The position numbers were made by a program, and so were the translations under genes. The notes under the pieces were generated by a model that saw only the letters and a program-made list of their open reading frames with translations, had not been told where the DNA came from and made no database searches. 64,000 nt of DNA from Candidatus Yonathbacteria bacterium (lineage in GTDB: Bacteria > Patescibacteriota > Minisyncoccia > Phycocordibacterales > JACNGX01): positions 75,769-139,768 of the forward strand of contig JAAXWR010000001.1 of assembly GCA_013334825.1 (NCBI GenBank). The letters are read 5' to 3'. Of the stretch, positions 47,376-58,686 are shown piece after piece (within the stretch, counting starts at the first letter, position 1; the number at the start of each line of letters is the position of its first letter).

Positions 47376-48402
47376 AGAGTTTTTGCGGGGTGTAATTTTC
47401 GGGACAATTGGTAAGGTATCGTTCCAGTTCTTCACGAGAAAGAAGTCCTTCTTGCGCTCCGACATGTTGTACAACAGACATGGAGTTGATAGGTGCGCGA
47501 ACAAGTGCTTCTTCTGGAGTCATGCCTAGGGCAAGGAATGAAGTGAATGTGCTTGCGAATGAGTCTCCCGCCCCAGTACGTTCAAGGGGTTGTTGGGGGT
47601 CGGGGTAAATAGGCATATACCATACACCATTCTCTGTTGCCATATATGCGCCTTTTGGTCCATCGGTAATGAGTGCAATGCGCGGGCCGTGTTCGCGCAT
47701 GGCGACAGCAAGCGTTGGTCCATCGGCACTTGGCAGAGAGAGAATAAGTTGTGCTTCTTCAATATTACAGAAAAACACTTCAGCACGTTCGTAAAATACT
47801 TTGAGACGTTCGTATCCGAGTTTGATTTGGAATGTGCCGGGTTGAAATGCGAGTTTGATATCAGGATGTGCCGACAGATGACTTGCAATCGTGTCATGAT
47901 AGGGGAGAGATTGTTCTCCGAGAGATGAGAGATAAACCCACGTAGGTGTACCAATGTCGGGCAATGTGTAGGGATATTCTTCGTGCTTGATGAGAATGGT
48001 GCGATCGGCTTTATGCCAGAGGACGTAATGATAGTTGCTTTGCAAACCTTTGTGAGTGCGCACGAAACGCGTGTCGATGCGGTTTTTGCGAAGCGTAGCG
48101 AATGTGTCGGTGCCGTATGCATCATCACCTAGGTCGGTAACGAGTGCAGCGGAAAGCCCTAATCGTGTTGCTGATACAGTTGCATTGGGGCTGTTGCCGA
48201 CAGCAGGGAGAACAGTAACGGATTCATAAGGAATTTTCGCACCGTTCTCAAGACAAATTTGCGCGTCGCCGTCGCGGTCATAGAGTACACTTGCATGATT
48301 GATGCGAATAAATGCGTCTGTGACAATATCGCCGATTGCGAGAAAGTCGATATCTGTACGTGATGATGTGGGTATGCCAAACATATGTGTATATGGTATC
48401 AT
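47371..48402 (-). CDS. PfkB-family carbohydrate kinase (ribokinase-like)
   Basis: FLAIGDIVTD..., C-terminal TGAGDSFASTF (PfkB signature 2). Confidence 0.8.
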   Translation of the reverse strand: MIPYTHMFGIPTSSRTDIDFLAIGDIVTDAFIRINHASVLYDRDGDAQICLENGAKIPYESVTVLPAVGNSPNATVSATRLGLSAALVTDLGDDAYGTDTFATLRKNRIDTRFVRTHKGLQSNYHYVLWHKADRTILIKHEEYPYTLPDIGTPTWVYLSSLGEQSLPYHDTIASHLSAHPDIKLAFQPGTFQIKLGYERLKVFYERAEVFFCNIEEAQLILSLPSADGPTLAVAMREHGPRIALITDGPKGAYMATENGVWYMPIYPDPQQPLERTGAGDSFASTFTSFLALGMTPEEALVRAPINSMSVVQHVGAQEGLLSREELERYLTNCPENYTPQKLS

Positions 48403-48566
48403 ACATACGTTGATGATGCAGTGTGTTGCACAGAATAGTGAATGTATGAGGTATGATAACTGTTAGTTTATTATTTTTTTAATAACATAGGATTCTCCAC
48501 AGATTGAATAGTATCCGCATAAAACAAGAGTACAGTTTTTATAGTTTTTTATTTTTATTTTTTCAT

Positions 48567-49427
48567 ATGATATCTCTTCGTGAAGCTCTGGGTGAAGCAG
48601 TTCGTGACGGTCGCGCAATTGCACATTTTAATATTACGGGTATCGATATGGTACATGCTGTGGTTCGTGCCGCGCGCAAAGTTGGTGACCCAGTCATCAT
48701 CGGTGTCTCTGAAGGGGAACGGGATTTTTTTGGTGTGAGGCAAATTGTTGCTGTTGTTGACAGTCTCCGCAAAGAAACAGGGCACCCTATCTTTTTAAAC
48801 GCTGACCATACATATTCAGTGGAACGTGTCGAAGAGGTGATTGACGCAGGTTTTGATGCAGTCATTTATGATGGTGCGAAGTTGTCGTTCGAGGAAAATG
48901 TTGCTCATATGAAGGCGTCTGTTGCGTACGCACGTGTCTCTGGACGTGATGTGCTCCTTGAAGGGGAACTCGGATATATTGGCGGTTCATCAAAAGTGCT
49001 CGATGCTATTCCCGAAGGAGTAACTCCTGAATCTATGACGACACCAGAGCAAGCTCGCACGTTTGTTGAGGAGACGGGTATTGATTTGTTTTCTCCATCC
49101 GTGGGGAATATCCATGGTATGTTGCGACACGCTCCCAATCCACGTCTTGATATTTCCCGTGTGAAAGAAATCGCCGAAGTATGTGGAAAGCCGTTGGTAC
49201 TTCATGGCGGTTCAGGGACATCAGACGAAGATTTTCGTGCCGCGATAGACGCGGGGATTCGTATTGTTCATGTGAGTACCGAGCTTCGTCGCGCGTATCG
49301 TGAGACACTTGATGAAACGTTTCGTGCCAATCCAGACGAAGTTGCGCCGTATAAATATTTACAGCCTGGGGTGGAAGCAGTGGAAAAGGTGGCGGAAGAG
49401 CGAATGAGACTCTTTGGAAGAAAGTGA
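48567..49427 (+). CDS. fba: class II fructose-bisphosphate aldolase
   Basis: MISLREALGEAVRDGRAIAHFNITGIDMVHAVVRAA...NADHTYS...LEGELGYIGGSS...HGGSGTSDEDF. Confidence 0.85.
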   Translation: MISLREALGEAVRDGRAIAHFNITGIDMVHAVVRAARKVGDPVIIGVSEGERDFFGVRQIVAVVDSLRKETGHPIFLNADHTYSVERVEEVIDAGFDAVIYDGAKLSFEENVAHMKASVAYARVSGRDVLLEGELGYIGGSSKVLDAIPEGVTPESMTTPEQARTFVEETGIDLFSPSVGNIHGMLRHAPNPRLDISRVKEIAEVCGKPLVLHGGSGTSDEDFRAAIDAGIRIVHVSTELRRAYRETLDETFRANPDEVAPYKYLQPGVEAVEKVAEERMRLFGRK

Positions 49428-49473
49428 GTATAAGTTTCAAGATTGATTTCGAAGTATGAACTGGTATGCTTGC

Positions 49474-49790
49474 CCTGCACCACGTAGGGTGCAGGGCAGG
49501 CCTCGCCATTCACAATGTTTGGCACGAAACGTCGTAGGCCTGTCCTGTGCCATACGTGGCATGCAGGGCGTGCCATGAACCCTACGTGGTTTATGGCCGC
49601 CCGAGTTTACGTGCACACCTGTGTGTCTGAAATCTTTTATAGTAGAATTGTATGATAAAGGGATAACCCTGCAACCCGCGTGGCGTGTTGTGCATCTTAC
49701 GTTGCCTGCTGTGCATCCACGTGGCTTGCTGTGCATCCTACGTGGTGCACAGTGCACAGTGCTAGGGAACATACGAAAGCGCGGCGGGCT
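49474..49790. repeat. third copy of the ~190-nt multi-hairpin repeat (49474-49660) followed by four tandem ~21-nt repeats (49681-49790), inverted relative to 16316-16400
   Basis: Direct sequence comparison. Confidence 0.85.
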
Positions 49791-49833
49791 CAAAGCCCGC
49801 CGCGCTTAATTGCTAAAAACAAAAAACTGGACA

Positions 49834-50208
49834 TTAGTGTCCAGTGTGTGGGATGTTTTTCCATTCAAGCGGTATACCACGATATTTCGCAAGTGCAATG
49901 ACTGCCTGAAGGAACGAGACCTTTTTTCGCATCATGTAGTAGTCAATAATGGTGCCGTGACGTCCACAACCGTAGCATTTCCAACGGAAGGTTTGGTCAC
50001 GTTTTGATTTTTGTGGGAAAAATACTACAAATGAAGGGTGGTGATCCGGTTTTTCGAATACTCGAAGGAGAGGACAGCGTGTCTTTGTCATTCCATATCC
50101 CAGAGGTGTGAATTTCTGGAATTCTGGTAACAGAGAGGCGTATGTCGGAAATTCTTCTTGAGTTAATTCCTTCAACACGTATTCAAAATTTACGATGTTT
50201 CTTTTCAA
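49834..50208 (-). CDS. standalone CHC2-type (DnaG-primase-like) zinc-finger protein
   Basis: CPLLRVFEKPDHHPSFVVF...QTFRWKCYGCGRHGTIIDYYMMRKKVSFLQAV (CxxH...CxxC); hairpin terminator at 49786-49812. Confidence 0.6.
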   Translation of the reverse strand: MKRNIVNFEYVLKELTQEEFPTYASLLPEFQKFTPLGYGMTKTRCPLLRVFEKPDHHPSFVVFFPQKSKRDQTFRWKCYGCGRHGTIIDYYMMRKKVSFLQAVIALAKYRGIPLEWKNIPHTGH

Positions 50209-50503
50209 TAGTATCTCCTAAAAAATATCGCTTTCTCGATCATATAACGCTCCCCGTAGTGTATGCGTAGTGACCATCTTAGGTGAAAAAACCAAAAACC
50301 TACGAGAAAGCGAAAACGGTTTATTGATAGTATCATTGACGGTCGGGAAGTGTTGATATATTTTTATAGCAAAAGTACAAGATTGTCAATCCATTGACCC
50401 ATATGTAAAATCGTGTACAATACGGTGCACGACTCTGAAAGGATATTTCGTCATAGCGGAATGCTTTTTTATCGTTTATTGTTAATTTTGTATCGTTATC
50501 TTT

Positions 50504-51139
50504 ATGACCTTCACTATTGCTGCAACAATCCGTCCTGCGCAACCCTCTGCCGAAGCACTTCGCGCTGAAGGTCGTTTGCCTGCTGTTGTGTATGGACCAA
50601 AGACTGAAAACACGTCTCTTTCTTTTGACGCACGTGAGTTTAAAAAGTTGTGGAAAGATGCCGGAGAAACATCTGTCGTGTCCGTCGTTGTCACGAGTGG
50701 CAAGACATATGATGTTCTCATCCATGAAATTGCTTATCATCCTGTTACCGACGAACCTATGCATGTTGACTTGTATGCGGTAGACAAAACAAAGACTGTT
50801 GAAGTCGATATACCGCTTGAATTCGTCGGCATTGCTCCTGCAGTCAAAGATATGGGTGGTACCCTTGTGAAAGTGCTCCATGACCTCACCGTTGAAGGAC
50901 TTCCTGACAAGCTTCCGCATGAGATTGAAATTGATATTTCGTCACTTGTTGATCTCGATAGCGTCATCACAGTTGCCGATATTGTGCTTCCCGAAGGCGT
51001 GACGGCGACACTTGATGGAGAAGAAATTATTGCGTCGATTGCGACACAACGAGAAGAAGAAGAGACTGCTGGTGCAGTAGACTTCTCCACGATTGAAGTA
51101 GAAAAGAAAGGTAAGAAAGAAGAAGACGCAACTGTCTAA
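50504..51139 (+). CDS. rplY: 50S ribosomal protein L25 / general stress protein Ctc
   Basis: MTFTIAATIRPAQPSAEALRAEGRLPAVVYGPKTENTSLSFDAREFKKL...; candidate promoter TTGACC-16-TACAAT at ~50389-50425. Confidence 0.85.
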   Translation: MTFTIAATIRPAQPSAEALRAEGRLPAVVYGPKTENTSLSFDAREFKKLWKDAGETSVVSVVVTSGKTYDVLIHEIAYHPVTDEPMHVDLYAVDKTKTVEVDIPLEFVGIAPAVKDMGGTLVKVLHDLTVEGLPDKLPHEIEIDISSLVDLDSVITVADIVLPEGVTATLDGEEIIASIATQREEEETAGAVDFSTIEVEKKGKKEEDATV

Positions 51140-51159
51140 TGCGTATACAATCTTATAAA

Positions 51160-51193
51160 CAGGCGCGCCCCGAAGGGGCGCGCCTGTTTATAT
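51160..51193 (+). terminator. Rho-independent terminator (ACAGGCGCGCCCC-GAA-GGGGCGCGCCTGTTTAT)
   Basis: Perfect 13-bp stem with T-run. Confidence 0.85.
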
Positions 51194-51266
51194 ATGACGT
51201 GAGTATGTATATCCCTGTGGACACCGCACTTCACCGCGAAGGCATATCGGGGTACAATAGAAGTTC

Positions 51267-52598
51267 ATGATATCTTTACATACGTTCTCTCTTTTTTCAC
51301 GTCCGCGTACGCGCATAGTCGGATATCTATCTCTTGTAGCACTTATTATTGTGGGAACATGGGATATGCGTATTGTTGACGCGCAACTGACGCCCGAACG
51401 TAAAGCACAACTTGAAGCAGAACTTGCGCAAATTGAAAAAGAAATTGCTACGCAAAAAAGTATTCTTGGCGCAAAGCAACAAGAAAAGGTTTCACTTGAG
51501 CGTGATGTCGCGATTCTTGACGCGGAGATTAAAGAAGCACAACTATCTATTCGTGCTCGCGATCTGTCCATTCAAAGTCTTACGGGGGAGATTGGACAGA
51601 AGGGTGAAGTTATTGGTTTGTTATCTGATAAACTTTCTCGCGAAAAAGAATCTCTCGCGCGACTCATTAAAAAAACAGATGAGCTTGATTCATTTTCTCT
51701 CGTTGAAGTGATGCTTTCCAATCGCGACTTATCGGACTTTTTTTCAGATGTTGACACGTTTGATGTGATTGAACAATCACTCTCGACATCTTTCGCGGAT
51801 ATTGAACAAACAAAATCTTATACATCTGAACAAAAAATGTCGCTTGAAGAGAAAAAGACAGAAGAAATGGAACTCCGTAAAATTCAGCAGTTGCAAAAAG
51901 CACGTATTGAAGAAAAGCGTGTTGAGCGTAACCAGGTACTCAAAGAAACAAAAGGACAAGAAAAACTCTATCAAGAGCTTCTTGCTAATAAAGAACAAAA
52001 CGCTGCCGTTATCAAGAGTGAGCTCTTCGCGATGCGCGGATCAGCAGCAATTCCTTTTGGACAAGCCCTTGATTATGCGAAGGTGGCTTCACAGGCGACA
52101 GGTGTTCGTCCCGCACTTATTCTCGGCATCATTCGTGAAGAGACAAATCTCGGCGCCAACGTTGGTACGGGAACATGGAGTGCGGACATGCATCCAACAC
52201 GTGATGTACCAGTGTTTAAGGAAATCTGCGCAGGCTTGGGACTTAATCCTGATACGATGCCTGTTTCAAAAAAGGCATGGTATGGATGGGGAGGAGCAAT
52301 GGGTCCAGCACAATTTATTCCGTCAACATGGGTCATGTACAAGGATCGTGTCGCTGCACTGACAGGGCATAATCCGCCCAATCCATGGAATCCACTCGAT
52401 GCATTTACCGCATCGGCAGTTCTGCTGAAAGATAACGGTGCGGCAAAAGGTACTTATGCTGCTGAACGTCTCGCCGCGTTGCGATATCTTGCGGGATGGA
52501 AGAATGCAGAAAATCCATCATATGCGTTTTATGGAGATGATGTGATGGGATTTGCCACAGAATATCAACGACAAATCGATATTTTGGAAGGGAAGTAG
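51267..52598 (+). CDS. membrane-anchored coiled-coil protein with C-terminal MltB-like lytic transglycosylase domain
   Basis: N-terminal TM, ~250-aa coiled coil, then ALILGIIREETNLG...GWGGAMGPAQFIPSTW. Confidence 0.6.
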   Translation: MISLHTFSLFSRPRTRIVGYLSLVALIIVGTWDMRIVDAQLTPERKAQLEAELAQIEKEIATQKSILGAKQQEKVSLERDVAILDAEIKEAQLSIRARDLSIQSLTGEIGQKGEVIGLLSDKLSREKESLARLIKKTDELDSFSLVEVMLSNRDLSDFFSDVDTFDVIEQSLSTSFADIEQTKSYTSEQKMSLEEKKTEEMELRKIQQLQKARIEEKRVERNQVLKETKGQEKLYQELLANKEQNAAVIKSELFAMRGSAAIPFGQALDYAKVASQATGVRPALILGIIREETNLGANVGTGTWSADMHPTRDVPVFKEICAGLGLNPDTMPVSKKAWYGWGGAMGPAQFIPSTWVMYKDRVAALTGHNPPNPWNPLDAFTASAVLLKDNGAAKGTYAAERLAALRYLAGWKNAENPSYAFYGDDVMGFATEYQRQIDILEGK

Positions 52599-52694
52599 AT
52601 CCTATGCGGAATAGACGCGGAGTGTCGCTGAACCTACGCGGAATACGTATAAAAACTTGACTATCATTCTATTTTCCCCTATACTCCAAGAACT

Positions 52695-52922
52695 ATGAAA
52701 ACAGATATCCACCCGACATATTATCCTCATGCCACGGCAACGTGTGCCTGTGGCGCCACATTTGATGTAGGTTCTGTTAAAGAAACAATTGCTGTTGAAA
52801 TCTGCAGTAAATGTCATCCGTTTTATACGGGAGACGACAAGAAAGTACTTGACACTGCTGGACGTGTTGATAAATTCAAGCGTCGCATGGAAGCGGCAAA
52901 GAAGCCTGCGTCCAAGAAATAA
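52695..52922 (+). CDS. rpmE: 50S ribosomal protein L31
   Basis: MKTDIHPTYYPHATATCACGATFDVGS...CSKCHPFYTG. Confidence 0.9.
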   Translation: MKTDIHPTYYPHATATCACGATFDVGSVKETIAVEICSKCHPFYTGDDKKVLDTAGRVDKFKRRMEAAKKPASKK

Positions 52923-52931
52923 CGTGGTAAT

Positions 52932-52971
52932 AGGAGCCGCCGCGTCCCTTCATAGGGACGCGGCGGCTCCT
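52932..52971 (+). terminator. Rho-independent terminator (GGAGCCGCCGCGTCCCT-TCATA-GGGACGCGGCGGCTCC + T-rich)
   Basis: Perfect 17-bp stem. Confidence 0.8.
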
Positions 52972-52991
52972 TCTTTGGTATACTTTATCTT

Positions 52992-53987
52992 ATGGCAGAT
53001 ATACAAGAACAACACGATATCGATATTACGGCACTTCGGGAAAACCCAAAGACGGCCTTTCTTGCGTCTGAACTTGAACGTTTGACACGAGAAGAAGAAG
53101 CAACGCGGGAACTCTTAGCTGCAGATCTATCGATGGCAGAACTTGCTGCGGAGGATTTGGCAATGATTGAGACACAACGAAAAGGACTTTTCGCGCAAGT
53201 CGCAGGGATACTCAAGGCAGATGAAGAAGAAGACCTTTTTCCGAATGAATTGATTCTTGAAGTCCGCGCGGGTGCGGGAGGGGAAGAAGCTGCGCTTTTT
53301 GCACGTGAACTTGCGGATATGTATGGGAAATATGCAGAACGAAAAGGATGGTCATTTCGTGCTCTTGATGAATCGGAAAGTGAAATGGATGGATACAAAG
53401 AGGCGTCGTTTGAAATGAAAGGTGTCGGATGTTATAAAGAACTTCGCTATGAAATGGGTGTACATCGTGTGCAGCGTATTCCCGCGACTGAAAAGCAGGG
53501 GCGTATTCATACATCAACCGCGTCTGTTGCTATCATGCCCGTGCGAAAGAAAACGAGTATTGTGATTGACCCTGCAGATTTGGAGATCGAGTTTTCTCGT
53601 TCAGGAGGCGCGGGAGGACAAAATGTAAACAAGGTAGAAACTGCTGTTCGTCTCACACATAAACCAACAGGCATTACTGTCCGGTGTCAGAGTGAACGTA
53701 CTCAATTGAAAAATCGTGAAAAAGCGCTTGGTATGCTTGCGACACGTTTACAGTCCAAAAAAGACGAAGATGACGCAAAGAAACATGCCGATACGCGTCG
53801 CGACCAAATCGGTACGGGTGACCGGTCAGAAAAAATTCGCACATATAATGTCCCTCAAAACCGTGTGACGGACCATCGTATTAAGCAGTCCTGGCACAAT
53901 ATTGAAGAGATTCTGGGAGGAGATATTACGGCTATTGTCGCAGCTTTTGAACATCCGACTATAGGCGAAGGCAATGATGATGAATAA
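52992..53987 (+). CDS. prfA: peptide chain release factor 1
   Basis: PATE (PxT) codon-recognition motif, GGQ motif ([20 protein letters not shown]). Confidence 0.9.
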   Translation: MADIQEQHDIDITALRENPKTAFLASELERLTREEEATRELLAADLSMAELAAEDLAMIETQRKGLFAQVAGILKADEEEDLFPNELILEVRAGAGGEEAALFARELADMYGKYAERKGWSFRALDESESEMDGYKEASFEMKGVGCYKELRYEMGVHRVQRIPATEKQGRIHTSTASVAIMPVRKKTSIVIDPADLEIEFSRSGGAGGQNVNKVETAVRLTHKPTGITVRCQSERTQLKNREKALGMLATRLQSKKDEDDAKKHADTRRDQIGTGDRSEKIRTYNVPQNRVTDHRIKQSWHNIEEILGGDITAIVAAFEHPTIGEGNDDE

Positions 53988-54087
53988 AGTTATGCACAGT
54001 TTTTTGAAAAACGCTTCACAGAAGCGTTTTTTGTTTGGTATACTGAATGAAAGGTGAATATTAATAGACACATTTTTACATAATCCT

Positions 54088-57000
54088 ATGTCTGTATCCT
54101 TGAGAGTTTTTCTGCTCTCTCTCTGTCTTATTGTCTTCTCAAGTCCTATTGTAAGGGCACAAGAAACAGAATCTCTTGATTTTGATATTGCGGAAGATGC
54201 CTCTATTACGGATGTAGTAGATGATTCTTCTGTATCAAATATTTTACATACACCAAAAGATGCTGTAGTTGTTGCGTCTATTGCTGTTCATGATGCTGAA
54301 CTCATTTCACAAGAAGGAGACGTTTTGCACATAAATTTTTCTCTTTCTAATGGTGGTGAGGATGTACAACCAGATATCCGGTATGCTATTGAAGTACTTC
54401 AAATAGTTCCAGGGAAACCCTCTGGTGAGGGAAGGATTGTTGATAGAAAAATATTTGATGAAACACTCGTGTTAGATTCTGGTCAGACGATAAAACGAGA
54501 AGTTGAATATAAAGCCCCTGATGCCCTTGGTGGTGTATACGACGTGCGTGTATACGCCGAGACTGTGCGTGGTTTACCATTATCTGGAAGAACTGTTGGG
54601 ACTGTCCGTTTTCTACAAGAAGAAGGTTCGCTCATCGTTGATCCGTCATCGTGCTATTTATCTGTCGAAGGTCAGCCAACGAAATATTCTCTTTCTCAGG
54701 GAGTAGATGTGGGGATAACAGAAACGCTTGTATTGACTTGTCCAGTAAACAATAGAGGAGATAATCGTTCTGTCATTCCATATATTGAAACATATGAACG
54801 GACTGTATTTGGAAATCTTTCGACAAGTGTTCAAAGTGACACCGTGTCTCTTCCTAATGGTCTTTCCACTATTAGTTTAGTGATTCCTCTCGCAAAAAAA
54901 CCTCAATCATACGATGTAAAAGTGTCATGGAGACAAGAAGGAAGTGAAGTGGGGATTCCTGTTGTTGCACACTATGTATTGCAAGGAGATTCGGCTACTG
55001 TTCAGAACATTCGTCTTGACAAACGTTCTTATGAGAAAGGAGATGTAGCGATTGTTTCATATCTGGTTGCGGGTATCACGGATCAATTTGATGGCTCACG
55101 CGCAGGTGATAGAAATTTATCGGGCACAACAATTACATTGACAATTGCAGATGAATCAGGCGCGAGATGTGCCGATGATGCAGTGATTACACTTACCGAT
55201 ATTGATAAAGGAAGTGTGTCTGTTGGGGAAGAAAAAATAAATATAGCTCGAACATGTGAGAATGCACGTATAACGGCTTTAATTTCGGATGGTATAGGAA
55301 ATCGTCTTGATGAGTATACTGTTTCAACAGGTATGTCAGAAAGAGGGTGGTTTTTCTGGGTGACACTTTTTATTGTACTTATTCTCACAGTTGTTTTTGT
55401 TATCGTGATGAAAAAGAAACAATATATTGATTGGAAAAAACTTTTTGTAGCTGTTTTTTTCCTCGTATTAATATTGGGAGGAAAGGTTGTTTATGGAGGG
55501 GGAAATGGTCTTCCAGTGGATGAAACGCCCATTGTTGAAGATCCACTTGTAAAGACATTTTATTGTGTTACCGATCCAGAATCCGGGCGTACAACTTGTA
55601 CCAGGGCTAGTATATCAAGATCTTCTTACTTTACACAAAGTCTAATCGACCTTTCTGCAGAAAATACTCCGTGTTCTGCGTTTGCTTCTGATGGTTCCTG
55701 CTTGTATTGGCGGTGGGAAAATTCTTCGACATGGATAAACTCAGATTCCGAAGAACTTATTATTACGCCGAGTACTCCAGGAACGTATCGTCTGTATGTC
55801 GATTATGCAACATGGGAAGGGGCATTGGGCGGTAGTGATGTTCAATATTTTACTGTAACAGTGACCTCACGACCAGCAAGTGTTGGCGGAGTAACATTGA
55901 TTGAATATGGTAAACTTACTGGATCTGAGATTGTTACGTGGTTTAATATTGGTAAAAGTGACTTTTTTCCTGGAGAAACAATACATATTGAATCTCAGAT
56001 GGAAGTTGTTGCATGTCTTAACACTCCCGAAGGAGGAGTATTCTCTTTTAAGGGTCCAGAAGATTCTGATTATGCCAATCTCATTTCTTTTGATTCGACG
56101 TATACAGGAGAACATTCATGGAGTGATTTTTGGAGTGGTGTGATTACCGCTGTTCGTACGGCGCCTCTTGATATGGGACCGTATCATTTTGATTTACGGT
56201 TGGAAGCAATAGATTCAGGTTTAAAGAATACAATTGAATCAGAACGGCTTGCGGGAATTTCGACATTCAATGCGAAATCTTCATCGGATAAAACGGCCAT
56301 ACTTACACAAACGTCATATATTGTTGATACATATAATGCAAGAATTGCTGCGGGAGATTCTACATTGAATGCAGCTACCTATGTGAAGAATCATTTCATG
56401 ACCACATTCCCTCTTTCCGTCAGAAAAATTGGTAATGATTTGTATGAGGATCCTTATGACATAAGATCCTACGCAAGAACATATGGTGAATATACACCCG
56501 GAGAACGTGCGCCGTATGCTTTGAGGAGTAATTGTTTTAGATATATGAAGTATGACTGTTCTTCAGTGAGGTATCCTAGCCGTGGTATTGATGTGTGGTA
56601 TACGCAGGAAACGGGGCGTGTTGATTTCAATGTCGTTGATCCTTCTGCAAGGGTTGAAATAACAGCTGCTTCTTCCTCTGTTATATCAGGGCAATCAACG
56701 ACACTTTCATGGAATGCAGTACATGTAAATTCATGTACTGCAAGTGGATCGTGGTCAGGATCAAAAACAACTTCAGGAGCAGTTTCTACGGGACCACTTA
56801 CACAAGATGCTACATATACTATTACATGTGTATATGAAGGAGGAAGTGTGTCAGACACAGTAAATGTCTACTCTCTTGATCAGTGCGAAGATGGTCTTGA
56901 TAATGATGGTGACGGATTTATTGATTTACTCGATTTGGGTTGCGCAACGTCTGGTGACACAAACGAAACGAATCCTGCCACGGTCGAAATTGTCGCAAAC

Positions 57001-58563
57001 CCTGCTGCTGTAGCATATCTTGGTGCGACTGTGCTTACTTGGGAGTCGAAGAATTGGTATAGTTCTCTTCTTGCTCCATTTGTCGTAAACTTCCAACCAG
57101 AAAATCCTGCTGTTCTTACCGGAGCTCCTCAACAACCATATGGTGGTTCAGTAAGAAGTATTCCTGGGAGAATTCAATTTGAGGATTATGATACGGGGGG
57201 ACAGGGAGTTGCTTATAATGATACTACAAGTGTGAATTCAGGAGGAGCATATCGTACTTCCGATCGTGTTGACATAAGTTCGACGAGTGATACTGGAGGA
57301 GGATATGTTGTTGCATGGGTCGCTAGTGGTGAGTGGCTCGAATATACAGTTAATATAGCTAATCCAGGTACTTATGCACTTTCAATTCGTCTTGGTGCAA
57401 CATCATCAAATGCAAGTGCTTTGCGCCTATATGTTGATGATGTTGATATTTCTGGAGCTATAGCAGTTTCTTCAACGGGGTCTACTTCAACATATACGAC
57501 GTTGAATGTAGGAAATGTGACTCTTCCTGCAGGAAGACATGTATTGAAGATTTCTCTGAGTATGAACTCAGGAATTTCTATCAACTGGTTTGAACTTCAG
57601 CCGGTATCTGTGGGGTGGAACGCTGACACATTTGTTCTCCTTGATAACGGAACTGTCTATGGTAACAAATCTAATGGGTATACATATGGATGGAATACAG
57701 ATAATACTGTAGCAACAGTTGACCGAAATGCCAGCACTGATCAATTGGTTGATACTGCGATTCATACAAATGCACGAACGTGGAATTTTGCCGTACCAAA
57801 TGGTACATATAAGGTTACAATGAGTGCCGGAGATTTCTCGTATTATGATTCTGTGTATGTAACAAATGTCGAAGGAGTAGAAGTGCTTCGGGGAACGCCA
57901 ACTTCTGGAAATAGATTCTTTACTGCGACAAAGACAATTGATGTGTCTGATGGTATGTTGACGGTAACAAATGGCTCAGGTGCGTCGAATAATAAATTAA
58001 ACTGGATTCGTGTTGAACAGGTACCTTCAACAACTGGTATTACTTGCACAGCCTCTGGTGGTTGGTCGGGGGCAAAAGCTTCTGTAGGAACACAAACGGT
58101 TTCAAATCTCTCTGCAGATACTAACTTTACGATTACTTGTTCAAATGACGGCGGTAATGTCTCTGATAGTGCTTTCGTCGATGTCGCTCCAGGTCCTGAC
58201 TTTGGTCTTTACAATGGTGGTATGATTACGATACCGTATGGTTCAACATCAGGAACAACACGGGTGAAAGTTTCCGCACTTAATGGATTTATATCTCCAG
58301 TAACCATGTCGATTACTGGCATAAGCCCCGCATTGCCTACGGGAATATCCGTATCTCTTACGGGCTCTTCTCTCAATTCTGGAACATATGGTACAGGTTT
58401 GGTGGTGACCGCCAGAGTGTCTAATAGAGTAATAAATCCCGGTCCCTATTCAGTCACGGTTTCTGGAACCGACGGTTCTCGTACGCGTCAGACAACATTC
58501 GCACTCGATCTTTCTGCTCTTGCTGATGGAGATGCACCAGATGTAAATTATACGGAGTTTTAG
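54088..58563 (+). CDS. giant surface protein (1491 aa): signal peptide, ~420-aa N-domain, TM helical hairpin, Ca-binding DxDxDG repeats, CBM6/35-like and malectin-like carbohydrate-binding modules
   Basis: SP MSVSLRVFLLSLCLIVFSSPIVRA; TMs WFFWVTLFIVLILTVVFVIVM / LFVAVFFLVLILGG; DGLDNDGDGFIDLLDLGC; CBM-like GRIQFEDYDTGGQGVAY...EWLEYTVNIANPGTYALSIRL; malectin-like WNADTFVLLDNGTVYGNKSNGYTYGWN...TYKVTMSAGDFSYYD. Confidence 0.65.
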   Translation: MSVSLRVFLLSLCLIVFSSPIVRAQETESLDFDIAEDASITDVVDDSSVSNILHTPKDAVVVASIAVHDAELISQEGDVLHINFSLSNGGEDVQPDIRYAIEVLQIVPGKPSGEGRIVDRKIFDETLVLDSGQTIKREVEYKAPDALGGVYDVRVYAETVRGLPLSGRTVGTVRFLQEEGSLIVDPSSCYLSVEGQPTKYSLSQGVDVGITETLVLTCPVNNRGDNRSVIPYIETYERTVFGNLSTSVQSDTVSLPNGLSTISLVIPLAKKPQSYDVKVSWRQEGSEVGIPVVAHYVLQGDSATVQNIRLDKRSYEKGDVAIVSYLVAGITDQFDGSRAGDRNLSGTTITLTIADESGARCADDAVITLTDIDKGSVSVGEEKINIARTCENARITALISDGIGNRLDEYTVSTGMSERGWFFWVTLFIVLILTVVFVIVMKKKQYIDWKKLFVAVFFLVLILGGKVVYGGGNGLPVDETPIVEDPLVKTFYCVTDPESGRTTCTRASISRSSYFTQSLIDLSAENTPCSAFASDGSCLYWRWENSSTWINSDSEELIITPSTPGTYRLYVDYATWEGALGGSDVQYFTVTVTSRPASVGGVTLIEYGKLTGSEIVTWFNIGKSDFFPGETIHIESQMEVVACLNTPEGGVFSFKGPEDSDYANLISFDSTYTGEHSWSDFWSGVITAVRTAPLDMGPYHFDLRLEAIDSGLKNTIESERLAGISTFNAKSSSDKTAILTQTSYIVDTYNARIAAGDSTLNAATYVKNHFMTTFPLSVRKIGNDLYEDPYDIRSYARTYGEYTPGERAPYALRSNCFRYMKYDCSSVRYPSRGIDVWYTQETGRVDFNVVDPSARVEITAASSSVISGQSTTLSWNAVHVNSCTASGSWSGSKTTSGAVSTGPLTQDATYTITCVYEGGSVSDTVNVYSLDQCEDGLDNDGDGFIDLLDLGCATSGDTNETNPATVEIVANPAAVAYLGATVLTWESKNWYSSLLAPFVVNFQPENPAVLTGAPQQPYGGSVRSIPGRIQFEDYDTGGQGVAYNDTTSVNSGGAYRTSDRVDISSTSDTGGGYVVAWVASGEWLEYTVNIANPGTYALSIRLGATSSNASALRLYVDDVDISGAIAVSSTGSTSTYTTLNVGNVTLPAGRHVLKISLSMNSGISINWFELQPVSVGWNADTFVLLDNGTVYGNKSNGYTYGWNTDNTVATVDRNASTDQLVDTAIHTNARTWNFAVPNGTYKVTMSAGDFSYYDSVYVTNVEGVEVLRGTPTSGNRFFTATKTIDVSDGMLTVTNGSGASNNKLNWIRVEQVPSTTGITCTASGGWSGAKASVGTQTVSNLSADTNFTITCSNDGGNVSDSAFVDVAPGPDFGLYNGGMITIPYGSTSGTTRVKVSALNGFISPVTMSITGISPALPTGISVSLTGSSLNSGTYGTGLVVTARVSNRVINPGPYSVTVSGTDGSRTRQTTFALDLSALADGDAPDVNYTEF

Positions 58564-58686
58564 AAAGGGTTGACGAAGTGGAGTTATCCACGTACCAATC
58601 GCACAAATGTGTTGAATTCGCTATAATAACAACAGTATTGCGTATACTGTCGTTATGTTATTGGATTATTTATTATACTATTTATT

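Noticed and set aside
50333-50920. 195-aa minus-strand ORF overlapping rplY and its promoter region
   Set aside because: It is antisense to a well-conserved ribosomal protein gene and has no motif.
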